Positions 48,198 through 57,885 of a stretch of DNA of 64,000 nt are shown piece by piece. The stretch is from Octopus bimaculoides (taxonomy: Eukaryota). A program made the position numbers and the translations under genes. A model generated the notes under the pieces. The model searched no databases and was not told where the DNA came from. It saw nothing but the letters and a program-made list of their open reading frames with translations. The first letter of the stretch is position 1. Each line of letters begins with the position of its first letter. The stretch spans positions 43,602,954-43,666,953 of the forward strand of contig NC_068993.1 in assembly GCF_001194135.2 (NCBI RefSeq), read 5' to 3'.

Positions 48198-51100
48198 GCA
48201 CACACACACACAAATACAACATGGGGGAAGGGTGATCTTTTTTATTTGTTGCTTTGTTGCAACAGTTTATATTTCAATTATGAAAATTTAAACATTGATT
48301 TCATATTTATTTACAGGTAAACAATAGTCAACCTCTGTTTTTAGCTGGGCAGAATCACAATGGTTTTGTCTCCAGTGCTCCCTTGGCATTAAATGTCTCC
48401 ATCCATTCTTGGTATACAGTTACTGTGCACATGGAAGGTATGACACCTTGAATTTCTAAACATATCTACGTTTTGTTTTTTCATTTTTTGGTTTTTACCT
48501 TTTACCAATTCAACTGAATATTCAGAATTTGTATACATTACAAAAAAAAAAAGAAAAATATTTTAGGTATTCCAATATGAAAAGTATCACATTCTTATTT
48601 TATCTTTTTATTCCACAGGGGACAGTGTAACAGTTGAAGGGGAAAATGAGAAGACCCAGGTATTCATCTCCAACCCATTAGACATTTCTTCTGTGGATGT
48701 TGAAGTGATGTTTTTGGCCAACACAAAACATTCTTTATCAATTCACAAGGAAACTATACCAGGTAAAGGCTATAACTATAAAAAAATATTTAACAACAAA
48801 ATAAAAAAATTCTCAAAAGAAATATTTATAAAATTATTTGTTAACATAGGATTGTGGTAGATTATTTAGCTGTACATTAGATAACCCACATCATTGTTTT
48901 AATGTCCATTTTTCCATACTTGCATGGGTCAAATGGAGTCTATTGAGCCAGATTTTCTATGTCTGGATTTCTTTCCTGTCATCAACCCTCAACTGTTTCT
49001 AAGCAAGGTAATATTTCTCCACAACTAGAAATGTTCCATGAAATATTAAAAATGAATGACACTGCTTATATGACAGTGATAATCGTTTACAACTATCAGA
49101 CTGTCTATGCAAAGACACATACACACACGTATACATACACACGCACACACATATATATATGTATGACAAACTTCTTTCAGTTTCTGTCTCCCAGAATGTC
49201 ACACAGTGGGACTGAACTTGAAACCATGTGATTAGGAAGCAAACTTCTTAACCACAGACCCATGCCTGCACCTATTATAATGCATTCTAACCTAGGAACT
49301 GGTAACAGTTGCCAACAGAAAGGGCATCCAGCCATAGAAAATCTTCCTCAATAAATTCCAACTGAACCATGCAAAGCATGGAAAGATGAACATTAAAGAA
49401 TTATGATGAGGATGATAAGAATGTTTCTTGTACCAGATTTATAAATATCAATAAATGACATTTTGATTAACTTCTTCTCAAGTACTGAAATGTTTTAATG
49501 TTTATCCAATTAATTACATCAGATTTCACCCATGTTCATTGTACTTTTCTCTTTTTTATTGTCAGGTTTTGAAGGATGCTTAGAAGATTTCTTTCTCAAT
49601 GGTCAGAAAATGCCATTTGGTGGATCTACGGATAGATTTGATGTGACTCCAGTAGGAAACGTCAGTTCCAACTGTCCAAGCTTGTGTTCTACCAATCCTT
49701 GTGAAAGTGGTATGACATGTGAAATAGATGCGTCGACATACAAATGTCTCCCTTACTCATCAGTCGACCTTGGCTTGCTGCTGAAGATTTTACTTCCGCT
49801 ATTAATTCTTCTAATCTTAATCTTGATTATTGTTGGTCTCATTGTGTTCTGGCGGCGACGGCGGCATATCGATCAGCAACATAATAAGAACAACAAGTCT
49901 GGAATGTTAAATAAATTTTGCCATCAGAGAAGGAAAAATAGTAATTTAAAAACCAGCAGTCAGACCTACAGTGAGGCGGAATATGTGGAAGGCAATGGTA
50001 TACCGGATGAAATAATTATCCGTAACCATATTCTTGAAGAATTGGCTCAAAAAGCCCATGATAATAGCTGTATGCCAAGGCCTGATATTATTGAGTCTGA
50101 AAGTCACCCTGTGGTGCCTCTTGAAATGGAAGATGGAACTGTAATAATTGAAAATGGTGATCTTTCTCAAAGCGTTCACCTCAATGATGATGTACCAGAA
50201 CATTATGATTTAGAGAATGCCAGCAGTATAGCGCCTTCGGATATTGATATTGTCACTCATTATAAAGGATTTCGAGATGGCAAAGTCAATAAATATAAAC
50301 CTAATTCTAATCTCCTTACTTATCGACATCCTTATATTGCAAATCCTCAACAAAATATGATGTGGTCCAGTAATGTTCCAGCTTCAAATGCTTTAAATTA
50401 TAATGGACCTTTATCTGTACCAGCTCGCAGTAGCCCGATGCATCTCAACAACTTAGCTCGCAGCAGCCCTGCACCTGTAGGAGTTAGACAAAGCCCAATG
50501 AATCTTCTGGCACATCAAAACCCCAGTGTACTGACCTCCAGTTCAAATAATCATTGGAATTCACACTCAGCATCCTCAGACAACTGCACAGGAAAACCTG
50601 GCAAATCTAAACCTAAAGTTGCATTAAAGCCTCAGCCAGCTCCAAGAAGTAGCTCTAATAATGGTAGAGGGAATCGTATGAAAGGATTCACTGTAGAAGA
50701 AGTAAATAGACTAAACACTTGTCCGGATTCTACAAATCCTGAAAGTCTGCGAGAATCAGTAAGTTCAAGTGATGAAAACATTGCTAAATGGGGCAAAGCA
50801 AGTGATAACCTAAATAGTAGTGGTCTGCTGGATGCTCAAGATTCTAGCTCAAATGGAAGTGCTAATGACTCTTTTACTTGTTCAGAATTTGAATATGACA
50901 CTGAACGAGTCCGTAATGACTTTGAGCCTGGCTCAATGATATATTCAAAACTAACTGAAGTAGAGAATGAAAATGATGAGAGCCCTGTAGACAATAGAAC
51001 ATTTGATTACGACGGCTTAGATTCTGCCGGTGAATCATATAGCACCCTTGTATCTTCTGATGAAGACAAATCAAAGAATCGAGGTACTGTAGGTTCATTT

Positions 51101-51256
51101 GACTTAGATTATTTGCTTACGTGGGGGCCAAATTTTGAAAAATTAGTTGGTGTTTTTAAAGATATTGCATCATTGCCGGACAATGAGCAAAGCCAAAATT
51201 TGCAGCCTGAAGTTGTTACAAATGTTGGGGCAAAATCAGATGAGGAATATGTATGA
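8040..51256 (+). CDS. FAT4: Protocadherin Fat4 / fat-like giant cadherin, 5'-partial spliced gene (17 exons in window, 8,885 coding nt)
   Basis: Phase-compatible exon chain. Domain order is cadherin repeats-EGFx4-LamG-EGF-LamG-EGF-TM-tail. Tail motifs [68 protein letters not shown] and terminal EEYV match my recollection of Fat4/Fat conserved blocks. Confidence 0.92.
9610..9850 (+). pseudogene. Fossil duplicate (pseudoexon) of Fat4 exon 8040-8230
   Basis: 9722-9796 matches 8129-8203 ungapped at 62/75 nt. Weaker upstream similarity includes the intronic gattaccatt. It has in-frame stops and has lost the acceptor AG. Confidence 0.85.
10281..10676 (-). mobile_element. R4/Dong-like LINE fragment with restriction-like endonuclease C-terminus
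   Basis: [52 protein letters not shown]. (TAA)n tail on the sense strand. Confidence 0.85.
10680..10995 (-). mobile_element. Second R4/Dong-like family fragment, in tandem with the previous element
   Basis: [29 protein letters not shown] followed by a 3' UTR. Confidence 0.7.
11135..11915. mobile_element. SINE cluster: one distinct family (11135-11390) plus two tRNA-SINEs (from ~11458 and ~11692)
   Basis: Bounded by (ATT)n/(AAT)n. The 11458 and 11692 units match the 3458-4634 family. Confidence 0.7.
12751..13211 (+). CDS. FAT4: Fat4 window exon 2
   Basis: tttcag|GTG. Peptide [34 protein letters not shown]. Donor CG|gtgagt, phase 2. Confidence 0.95.
14649..15031 (-). mobile_element. Well-preserved tRNA-derived SINE
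   Basis: Minus-strand head gtggaggcgcaatggcccagtggttagggcag..ttgattcccagaccggg with A- and B-box-like motifs. CpGs are retained. Confidence 0.8.
15950..16398 (+). CDS. FAT4: Fat4 window exon 3
   Basis: tttag|G. Peptide [28 protein letters not shown]. Donor G|gtaaga, phase 1. Confidence 0.95.
17071..17131 (-). pseudogene. tRNA-Asp-like pseudogene, 5' end lost
   Basis: Minus strand atagtggtaagtatcaacacctatcatgtgggagaccagggttcaattccccactggggag aligns to canonical eukaryotic tRNA-Asp(GTC), with many G>A and C>T changes including at CpGs. Confidence 0.75.
18078..18258 (+). CDS. FAT4: Fat4 window exon 4
   Basis: tctcag|GG. Peptide [35 protein letters not shown]. Donor AG|gtgagc, phase 2. Confidence 0.95.
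20336..21400 (-). mobile_element. Array of tRNA-SINE copies (same family as 3458-4634), including a 3 x 30-bp internal repeat at 21222-21311
   Basis: Reverse-complement units separated by (AAT)n. Confidence 0.75.
21890..22140 (+). CDS. FAT4: Fat4 window exon 5
   Basis: ttgcag|A. Peptide [33 protein letters not shown]. Donor G|gtattt, phase 1. Confidence 0.93.
24353..24543 (+). CDS. FAT4: Fat4 window exon 6
   Basis: Poly-T tract cag|GT. Peptide [22 protein letters not shown]. Donor CAG|gtaata, phase 0. Confidence 0.93.
25539..26159 (+). CDS. FAT4: Fat4 window exon 7
   Basis: ccacag|AGC. Peptide [31 protein letters not shown]. Donor CAA|gtaagt, phase 0. Confidence 0.95.
27265..27500 (+). mobile_element. 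Probable L1/Tx1-type LINE 3' end
   Basis: GC-richer segment ending ccttgtggccAATAAA next to (ATT)n. Family assignment is from memory of similar 3' ends. Confidence 0.45.
27515..27995 (-). mobile_element. Two tandem tRNA-SINEs separated by (AAT)n
   Basis: Reverse complement of the 3458-family unit, twice. Confidence 0.8.
28436..28652. mobile_element. Tc1/mariner MITE
   Basis: About 33-bp TIRs tacagggtggcccaaaagtaggtttacagttat with TA ends. Confidence 0.85.
29800..30275 (-). mobile_element. Third, decayed R4/Dong-like endonuclease fragment
   Basis: Frameshifted [47 protein letters not shown]. Confidence 0.72.
30705..31357. mobile_element. Tail-to-tail inverted pair of SINEs (+30705-31005, -31076-31357)
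   Basis: The tails match as reverse complements (gtgccccagcatggccacagtttaatgaataaaac vs gtgctccagcatggccacggtctaatgactgaaac). Confidence 0.75.
31485..32257 (+). CDS. FAT4: Fat4 window exon 8
   Basis: ctgcag|AGT. Contains [18 protein letters not shown] and DDNDNPPQF. Donor AG|gtaatg, phase 2. Confidence 0.95.
32310..32530. mobile_element. piggyBac-like MITE (inverted relative of 174-358)
   Basis: TTAA flanks and an AGGG right end. Internal similarity to the reverse complement of 174-358. Confidence 0.7.
33776..33867 (+). CDS. FAT4: Fat4 window exon 9 (92 bp, not in ORF track)
   Basis: tttcag|A. Peptide [31 protein letters not shown] carries the cadherin DxDxGxN motif. Donor G|gtatga. Bridges phase 2 to phase 1. 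Confidence 0.93.
34108..34490. mobile_element. Tc1/mariner MITE with 4 x ~85-bp internal tandem repeat
   Basis: 31-bp TIRs tacagggtgtccacatagtctgggtacatgg and four near-identical internal units. Confidence 0.9.
34925..35145. mobile_element. piggyBac-like MITE
   Basis: TTAA|CCCT...GGGG|TTAA with an internal duplication. Confidence 0.55.
35236..36600 (+). CDS. FAT4: Fat4 window exon 10
   Basis: tatag|GT. About 4.5 cadherin repeats (LDYD, LDYE, PDYE, LDRE). Donor G|gtaact, phase 1. Confidence 0.95.
36773..38511 (+). CDS. FAT4: Fat4 window exon 11: last cadherin repeats, 4 EGF, start of LamG1
   Basis: ttgtag|GA. Contains DVNDCSP, DVNDSP, EGF Cys patterns including Ca-binding DINEC, and LamG motifs LLLYN and NDGNWYKV. 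Donor AGA|gtaagt, phase 0. Confidence 0.95.
39440..39842 (-). mobile_element. Full-length tRNA-derived SINE with internal (TA/CA)n (related copies ~42250-42390, 42690-42985, 43655-44285, 54395-54710)
   Basis: Head gcgtaggagtggctgtgtggtaagtagc..ggttcagtcccac, a ttgggcaagtgtcttct core-like segment and a ctccagcatggcc tail. Confidence 0.85.
40762..40859 (+). CDS. FAT4: Fat4 window exon 12 (98 bp, Cys-rich LamG1 loop, not in ORF track)
   Basis: cattgtag|AAT. Peptide [32 protein letters not shown]. Donor GA|gtaagc. The only candidate I found that bridges phase 0 to phase 2. Confidence 0.88.
41500..41804 (+). CDS. FAT4: Fat4 window exon 13: end of LamG1 plus EGF
   Basis: ttacag|G. Peptide [31 protein letters not shown]. 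Donor A|gtaagt, phase 1. Confidence 0.95.
45143..45365. repeat. Compound (TA)n/(TACA)n microsatellite
   Basis: Direct inspection. Confidence 0.95.
45366..46109 (+). mobile_element. Mariner transposon relic with inverted internal duplication
   Basis: Left TIR-like tatgtggtctgatcaataagtatc. Broken transposase [46 protein letters not shown]. 45979-46109 is an inverted copy of the N-terminal region. Confidence 0.85.
46790..47001 (+). CDS. FAT4: Fat4 window exon 14: start of LamG2 (not in ORF track)
   Basis: Poly-T cag|AA. Peptide [39 protein letters not shown]. Donor ATG|gtaaat, phase 0. Confidence 0.92.
47056..47431. mobile_element. hAT (Charlie-like) MITE with 8-bp TSD and 2 x 51-bp internal duplication
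   Basis: TIRs cactgattctcaacc and agttgaaaaccactg. TSD ctctaatg at 47048-47055 and ctctaat(n) at 47432-47438. Duplication at 47111-47212. Confidence 0.85.
48317..48437 (+). CDS. FAT4: Fat4 window exon 15 (LamG2, not in ORF track)
   Basis: ttacag|GTA. Peptide [26 protein letters not shown]. Donor G|gtatga, phase 1. Confidence 0.88.
48619..48762 (+). CDS. FAT4: Fat4 window exon 16 (LamG2, not in ORF track)
   Basis: ccacag|GG. Peptide [24 protein letters not shown]. Donor G|gtaaag, phase 1. Confidence 0.88.
49566..51256 (+). CDS. FAT4: Fat4 terminal coding exon: end of LamG2, EGF, TM (~49775-49852), cytoplasmic tail
   Basis: tgtcag|GT. Peptide [13 protein letters not shown], then an EGF, a hydrophobic helix followed by RRRR, Fat4 tail motifs, and EEYV followed by TGA TAA. 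Confidence 0.96.
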
Positions 51257-51996
51257 TAAAATTTAGCGAGTTCCAGTTTGTAACTCGACTGTATTTTATT
51301 TGGTATGTTATGCTTTTTTTTTTTAAAATGTCTGAACTGATCTAGAAGGAGTATAGTTGCAGTTAGTACTGCTTTGATGTTCATATTTCTTCCAGGAAGA
51401 AAGGAAAAGCTAGTCACTGCTAATACATACTGGCTGTGGAAGATGGCAAGAAAACTAACATCATCTCAAGATGCTTAAAGTACTGGAGTTTATTGTCAAT
51501 ATATATAAATATTATATTTCTCAATTTTATCTTATTCATTTTCACTGAACCACTGTTATTATTAAGTCCTCTTTATGCAGTGACTTGATTTGATGTGCTT
51601 TCAACAGTTAAATAATCATTTTTTTTTCATATCCCACCCCCATACAGTTTATCTGCTATCTCAAATTCTATTTTCCAGTCTTGACAGACATGTTGTTTAT
51701 GAAAGAAAGAAAGAAAGAAAAAAAAAAAAGATTCATTGCAAGCAATTTTTATTTATATCTCCAGCTCTCCAACCCCCAACAAAACGTAAACAGATAAACA
51801 CAATTGCTATATTTGATAATTTGTGACATCTTTTTAAATATATAATATATAATATAATATAATATATTCAACTCTGTCTCAGCAACAATGTTTGATCAGC
51901 ATTTTTTTATACTGTGAGCTTACAGGGATCAAAACATGAAGAGAAGTTTCAAATGAAAAATAACATTTTTTTCCTGCAACACACTATGATTCATTA

Positions 51997-52002
51997 AATA
52001 AA
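51997..52002 (+). terminator. Candidate proximal polyadenylation signal (AATAAA) of Fat4
   Basis: AATAAA about 740 nt after the stop codon, followed by T-rich sequence. AT-rich context makes chance matches common. Confidence 0.35.
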
Positions 52003-52023
52003 ATTTGTTTAATCTTAAGCATA

Positions 52024-52065
<42 letters not shown>

Positions 52066-53949
52066 GTAATATGGTGTATTCAACACTTTTGTACGAGTGC
52101 AGTCATTAGTGTTGACTTACAGCCATTAAGCAAACTTGACCAATTCCATTAATGTTTCTGTCTCAGACAAAATAATAATGCTGGCTACTTGTATACCAGA
52201 TAACGGAGCTGTCTTCCCTTCTCTACTTAAAACTTGATAAACATGTAAGGTTGTTTATTATTTTTCTAGAATAACAATGCCAGTTAAATAAACTGATTAT
52301 TGCTTTCTGGAAACTGTTGTAGATGGAGTAAAAGAAAAGAAAAAAAAAAACTATTTCAGAGAAAATATGTCTGGTCCTCTTTGGCAATTTCAGATGGAAA
52401 CATCAGAATAATTCTAGTTTTTTTTTTTTTTTTTTTTTAATTAGTGATATTTATGTTATTTCCATCAAATATATATTGGTTATGAAGTACTTTTCTTTCA
52501 TAAACAGTTCCAGTACTATGCCAAAGATCAAAAATTTTTAAAGAATTATGGCATGATTTTTTTTAATGTATTTATTAATTTTCATATGTTTCTCTAACAT
52601 TTTGTTTGATAGAAAAAAAAGCTAAAAAACAATCAGGAATTTCAAATATTATTACCCTCTAAAATTGATTTGATTTATAAGAAAATGAGCTTTAATTTAT
52701 TTCACAGACAAACTTTGTATTTCATACAACTAAATTATTTTACTTTTATTTTATTTATTCATTCTATATTCCTAAACAACTTCCTGGGGTACAACTCAAC
52801 AACCGAAATCTTTCTTCATCTAATCACATTAACATTCATCTTACACATAATAAGACTTGAAATTAACATTCTTAATCAGGGTGGGAGTCATAGTATTATG
52901 TCGTATAGAAATAATCTGAATCATAGTTGCAACACTTATATTATTAAGGTGCTACACTACCAGTCCAAAGGTCATGAGATCAAATATTATCACAGACAGA
53001 CGTGTGTTGTGAATTTTATTGACATACATCTGCTTGTCTCATTCAATTCGGATGTATATAGGCAACACTCCCAAATTATAGATGATTAATTAGCATAGGA
53101 TAAACATCAGTTCTTAAAATATGTCAAAACAAGCTTCCACTATAGTTCATAAAAATACATACACATAACAATAATAATATTAAAAGTATATTTTAGAAAC
53201 AATAGAGTTGAATTATAAGAATTTTTAAATCACTTTTAATGATTTTCATAATTTTTTCTCTTCAAGATTGATTTGATTTTCACTTAGATTAACAAGTTTT
53301 ATGTGCTTTATACTGTCATCATTTAGACCAGCTCAGCTCTGATCAAGCTGGCCAATGATCAAAGATATTGTAGTCTTTGGGTATCTTGTCCTTATCTTGT
53401 CCTTTTTTTTTTTTCAGTATAGTCTATCTAGGACTGCATTTTTAAATGTGTCTTTTCTTCTTCTAAGATGGTAGAGTATGATTTTAGAAAAATTTTGATT
53501 GCTATTTCTAGCAAGTCAGCAACCATGCTGACTCAAGACGCTCCCTTATTAAATTAAAAGATCTCTTGTTGGCCTCCAGTTATAGCTGATGGTAGTTATA
53601 TGTGTGTGTGTGTGTGTGTGTAAACCATACAAACAAAATATGGACCTCTGACCAGTTCACAGGGGCAGTAACTCTGAATAAGAACCGATTTGGACCATAA
53701 CAACCCATCCAACTCAATGCTAGCATGGAAAGCTGACATGAAATTATGAAGCTGAAAGAACTCGTATATAGTTATGAGTAATAACGAACAGTCACTAATG
53801 AAAGGAGACCATACTGGTTATAGGGTTAAATCTATTATGCTATAATATTGGAGTGGACTCTGACTTCCAGTTCCATCTCCTGTGGCTTGTTCAACTCTAC
53901 ATGTGTCATTTTTATAATATTGGGTATACATACATATATTATAAACATA

Positions 53950-53988
<39 letters not shown>

Positions 53989-54963
53989 NNNNNNNNNNTG
54001 AGTGTAATATAGCAAGCCAGTAAAGTTATGATCCCAAACTTGTAATATTTATTACACAAGGTGGCAAGTTAGCAGAATTGTTAGCATGCTGGGCAAAATG
54101 TTTAGCAGCATTTCATCTGTCTTTATGTTCTGAGTTCAAATTCTGCCGAGGTTGATTTATCCTTTCAGGGTTGATAAAATAAGTACCAGTTGAGCACTGG
54201 GGTTGATATAATCAACTTTCCCCTTCTCCCCAAAACAGCTGGCCTTCTCCCAAAATTTGAAACCAATATCTATTACACACAAGTTCATTGTATGGCAACG
54301 TTGAGTAAGTAATACCCAGTTCCATCAGAGCATTCATCCCTCAAGTAGCAACCCCTTTTTTTTTTAAAAGGGTTGCTTTGTTAGTCATTGGTTATAGTTT
54401 CAGCCATTAGACTGCAGCCATGCTGGGGCACTGCCTTGAAGGGTTTAGTCAAACAAGTACCAGTCTGGTACTTATTTTATCAGCTTCTTTTAGCAAACTG
54501 CTAAGTTAAAGGTGGTAAACAAACCAACACTAGTTGTCAAATGACATAGGACAGACACAAAATCACATACATGACACACACATTCCATCTACCAAATTCA
54601 CGCACAAGTCATTAGTTGGTCAGGGACTATAGTAGAAGACATTTTCCCATGGTGCTGTACAGTGGGACTGAACCTGAAACTGCATGGTTGCAAAGTGAGC
54701 TTCTTAACCATGTCTGTGCCATGTTGATGAAAATATTTAAGAACTGAAACTGTATCTGCTAGAACAATATAAAAGAAAAAAACTACAGAAATTAAAATAG
54801 AATGGCTAAATTAGATTTTATAGATTTCACTTAAACATTTAATTCAAGTTCTAAGTATAACTCTTGTTGACAGAAACCAGTTTGGAATGTTAAGAAATAA
54901 CTTTAACAAAATATTTTGCATTAGTTGTCCTGATTACACACACACACGCACACACACACGCAC

Positions 54964-54995
<32 letters not shown>

Positions 54996-55122
54996 CAGTA
55001 ATGGTAGAATTCCAAATAAATAAAATATAAATGTGCTTCAAGCATCGAGGCAGTGCTCCATCATGGCCACAGTCAAATGACTGAAACTAATAAAAGAACG
55101 AATAGTGTAAATATCAGGTTAA

Positions 55123-55270
55123 AGATCCCCTTAGATGGGAAAAGTTAAAGGTTCCCTGTGGGATTCGAATCCACATCATTTGTATAACGGTGGAGTGTAT
55201 GTCATGTTTACAAAAGATGTAAGTTTAAGTCCCACTGCGAGCCTTCGACTTTTTCCTTCCAAGAGGTTCT
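55123..55270. mobile_element. Palindromic MITE, Kolobok-like
   Basis: TTAA|AGA...TCT|TTAA. The imperfect inverted arms cover nearly the whole element. Confidence 0.6.
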
Positions 55271-56483
55271 TTAACCCAATACTTAAATGCTATTATTTGT
55301 AGCCTTATCTACTTTGAGTACTATCACTAAAAATGATTTATTTCATTTCTCTCAAAGTTACTAAATTCTTATGGCATAAACAAACAATATATATATATAT
55401 ATTCTAGCAACAAGTTACTGATAATATTAAGATGTTTTCTAATACTTCATAAATAAACAAAATTTAAAAGAATTTAAAGCTAGAGTTACAAAGTAAATGT
55501 TTACTTTCAGGCAGTTGAACTCAAACTTCAACTGCTATGTTAATTAAATCTAATAATAAAACCTCTTGAAATTATTTTTTGACAGTTCCACATGTTGTCT
55601 TCCAGCCTTCTTTTCTCTTGGAATGTTAACCTTGAATCTTAGCTAACAAAAATAGTGTTGACAGCAATGACAAGATATTTTTGCTGTTGTCACTATGGTA
55701 GCTGTCTACCATGTAGGCACAAATATACAATTCACACTTTTAATTCATACTCAATGGTGAAAACTTTAAAATTCACAGTTGATTTTCTTTTTAACCCAGT
55801 AATAACAATAAAACAACTGACAAATCATTCTTTTCATTTCTCATGTATTTAGATTATTTCATTCTTTCTAATTTTGAATTTTTATTTAAATTAATTAAAG
55901 TTATTAAAAAAGTAAATGAATATGTTTTCCTCTGCTTTCTGACTTCTAAGCTATGTTGTCCTATTGGTATAGCTCTGAATAAATAAAAATAAAACACATA
56001 TTTACTATTTTTATCATGGTAATACAAAAATAATTTCACTTTAGCGAACATCAAATCCTATCCAGTTTTGCTCTGAATTTTTCTATTCATTTCAGCTGTT
56101 TTAATTTGAAAGTATTCTTTTCTTCAGATTTCTTAATTTTCCCATTTGTAACCAAAGTTAAATGTATTTTATTAAAATACAATGTGATTGAAATTTGAAA
56201 TGAATGAAAATGTGTACTTTTAGATAGTTCAGCTCTAGTAATGACTTCATTTGTTGTAGCTTTATTATAATTAACATCTACTACAACAAGAGCTTCAGCT
56301 TCATGTGTATTGTTAAGGAGTTGATAGAGAGGAGCAATGACAGACCACACAAAACAGCCTCTTTGTTCAGCAGAAATTTTGTTCAATTCCTTCTTTGGGG
56401 TCTTTTTTTTTTTTCTTAGCACAATATTTGCATATCTTGTTAACTAAATGAAAATTTAAATTTTTAAAGAACCTTCTGGGCTG

Positions 56484-56524
<41 letters not shown>

Positions 56525-57003
56525 TATTCAAACACCCACATGCAAAACACAAATGAAATGAGAAAATATAACTCTTATTTTGCTGTCAATGATTATTTCC
56601 CTTTGTTCTGTTTCTTGAAGAATTTAGATTTATAAAAGAAACATTTATGAAAAAAAAATATGGTTAAGAGATCCTGCTAACATTTCTCAGAAATTATTTT
56701 GAAGTTATTTTTTTTTCTTTTTTCTTTTTTTTTTCTTTTTTTTTTTAGAAGCAAATTTAGTTGGAGAAAATAATATTTCATTTCCAAAGCTAGAATTTTA
56801 TTCTGACTGTTTTCATTGTATGTATGTATAGATGCATGTGTATATGTGTGTGTGTATGTGTATACTAATAAAAGAAAAGATATATGCTATATGAGTCATT
56901 TCAATAACCTACTCACCCCTGACCCCCTCCACTTCTACACTAAATAAGTGCTAATACAAATCACAAAAACAGTCTGAAGCTTTTAATGGCATTTCACATC
57001 ATC

Positions 57004-57016
57004 TGTACAGAATAAA
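57004..57016 (+). terminator. Candidate distal polyadenylation signal (TGTA..AATAAA)
   Basis: tgtacag aataaa with T/GT-rich downstream sequence. Confidence 0.3.
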
Positions 57017-57668
57017 TTTTTATTAAACCTATCATTTGTTTTATTTATTCATTTTATATATAATTATTATTGTGTGTGTATGTGTAAAGGTTTCAACATT
57101 TAACTTTCATTACTTCAGATTTTCAATATATTTGATTTACAACAAGGATTTTATATTAAATTTATATTTCATTTTAAGAGCAGCTGTCTGTATGTGTTTG
57201 CAGAATCTCCGTGGTGTGACCTGTCAAATATTCTGATGCCACAAATTATGGATGTCATCTATACCATTTCCAAACAAAAGAATTTCAGTTATAACAAGTA
57301 ATTTTAATTGAATTGTGCAAATAATTGAAGCTGTTTGGTTACTACTTTTCTAAACACATCAATTTTCATTTGGCTTTGAATTGTGAAGGAAAAAAAATTT
57401 CATGAAGATAATATTTAGTGTAATAGAATATATTATTTATTGTCAAAAGCAGACATAGTAATGTAGTTAAGAAGTTTGATTTTTAACTATGTGGATCTGA
57501 GTTCAGTCTCACTGAGTGGCACACTCAGCAAATGGCTGCCACTATAGCCTTTGACTTGACCGACCATTTCTCTGCAAGAGGATTTTGTAAACAGAAACTG
57601 ATGGAAGTATATCTCTGCAAGAGGATTTTGTAAACAGAAACTGATGGAAGTATATGTGTGTATCTATA

Positions 57669-57885
57669 TATGAAGGGGTACTGAAAAGTTCCTGACTTTG
57701 AGGGTATCACAAAAGGCTCAGTTGAAGGCCCATCCAAGTTCTTTTACAGGACTTAGAAAAACTGAAGAATTGCTGCAGTAAGTGTGTGAATCTGAGAAGG
57801 AAATATCTTGAATAAAATCATAATTAACTGATCCTCCTGTATTTGCTTTTACCCAAAGCCAGGAACTTTTCAGCACCCCCTTGTA
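57669..57885. mobile_element. Tc1/mariner MITE
   Basis: 31-bp TIRs ta(t/c)(g/a)a(a/g)ggggt(a/g)ctgaaaagttcctg(a/g)cttt. Confidence 0.85.
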
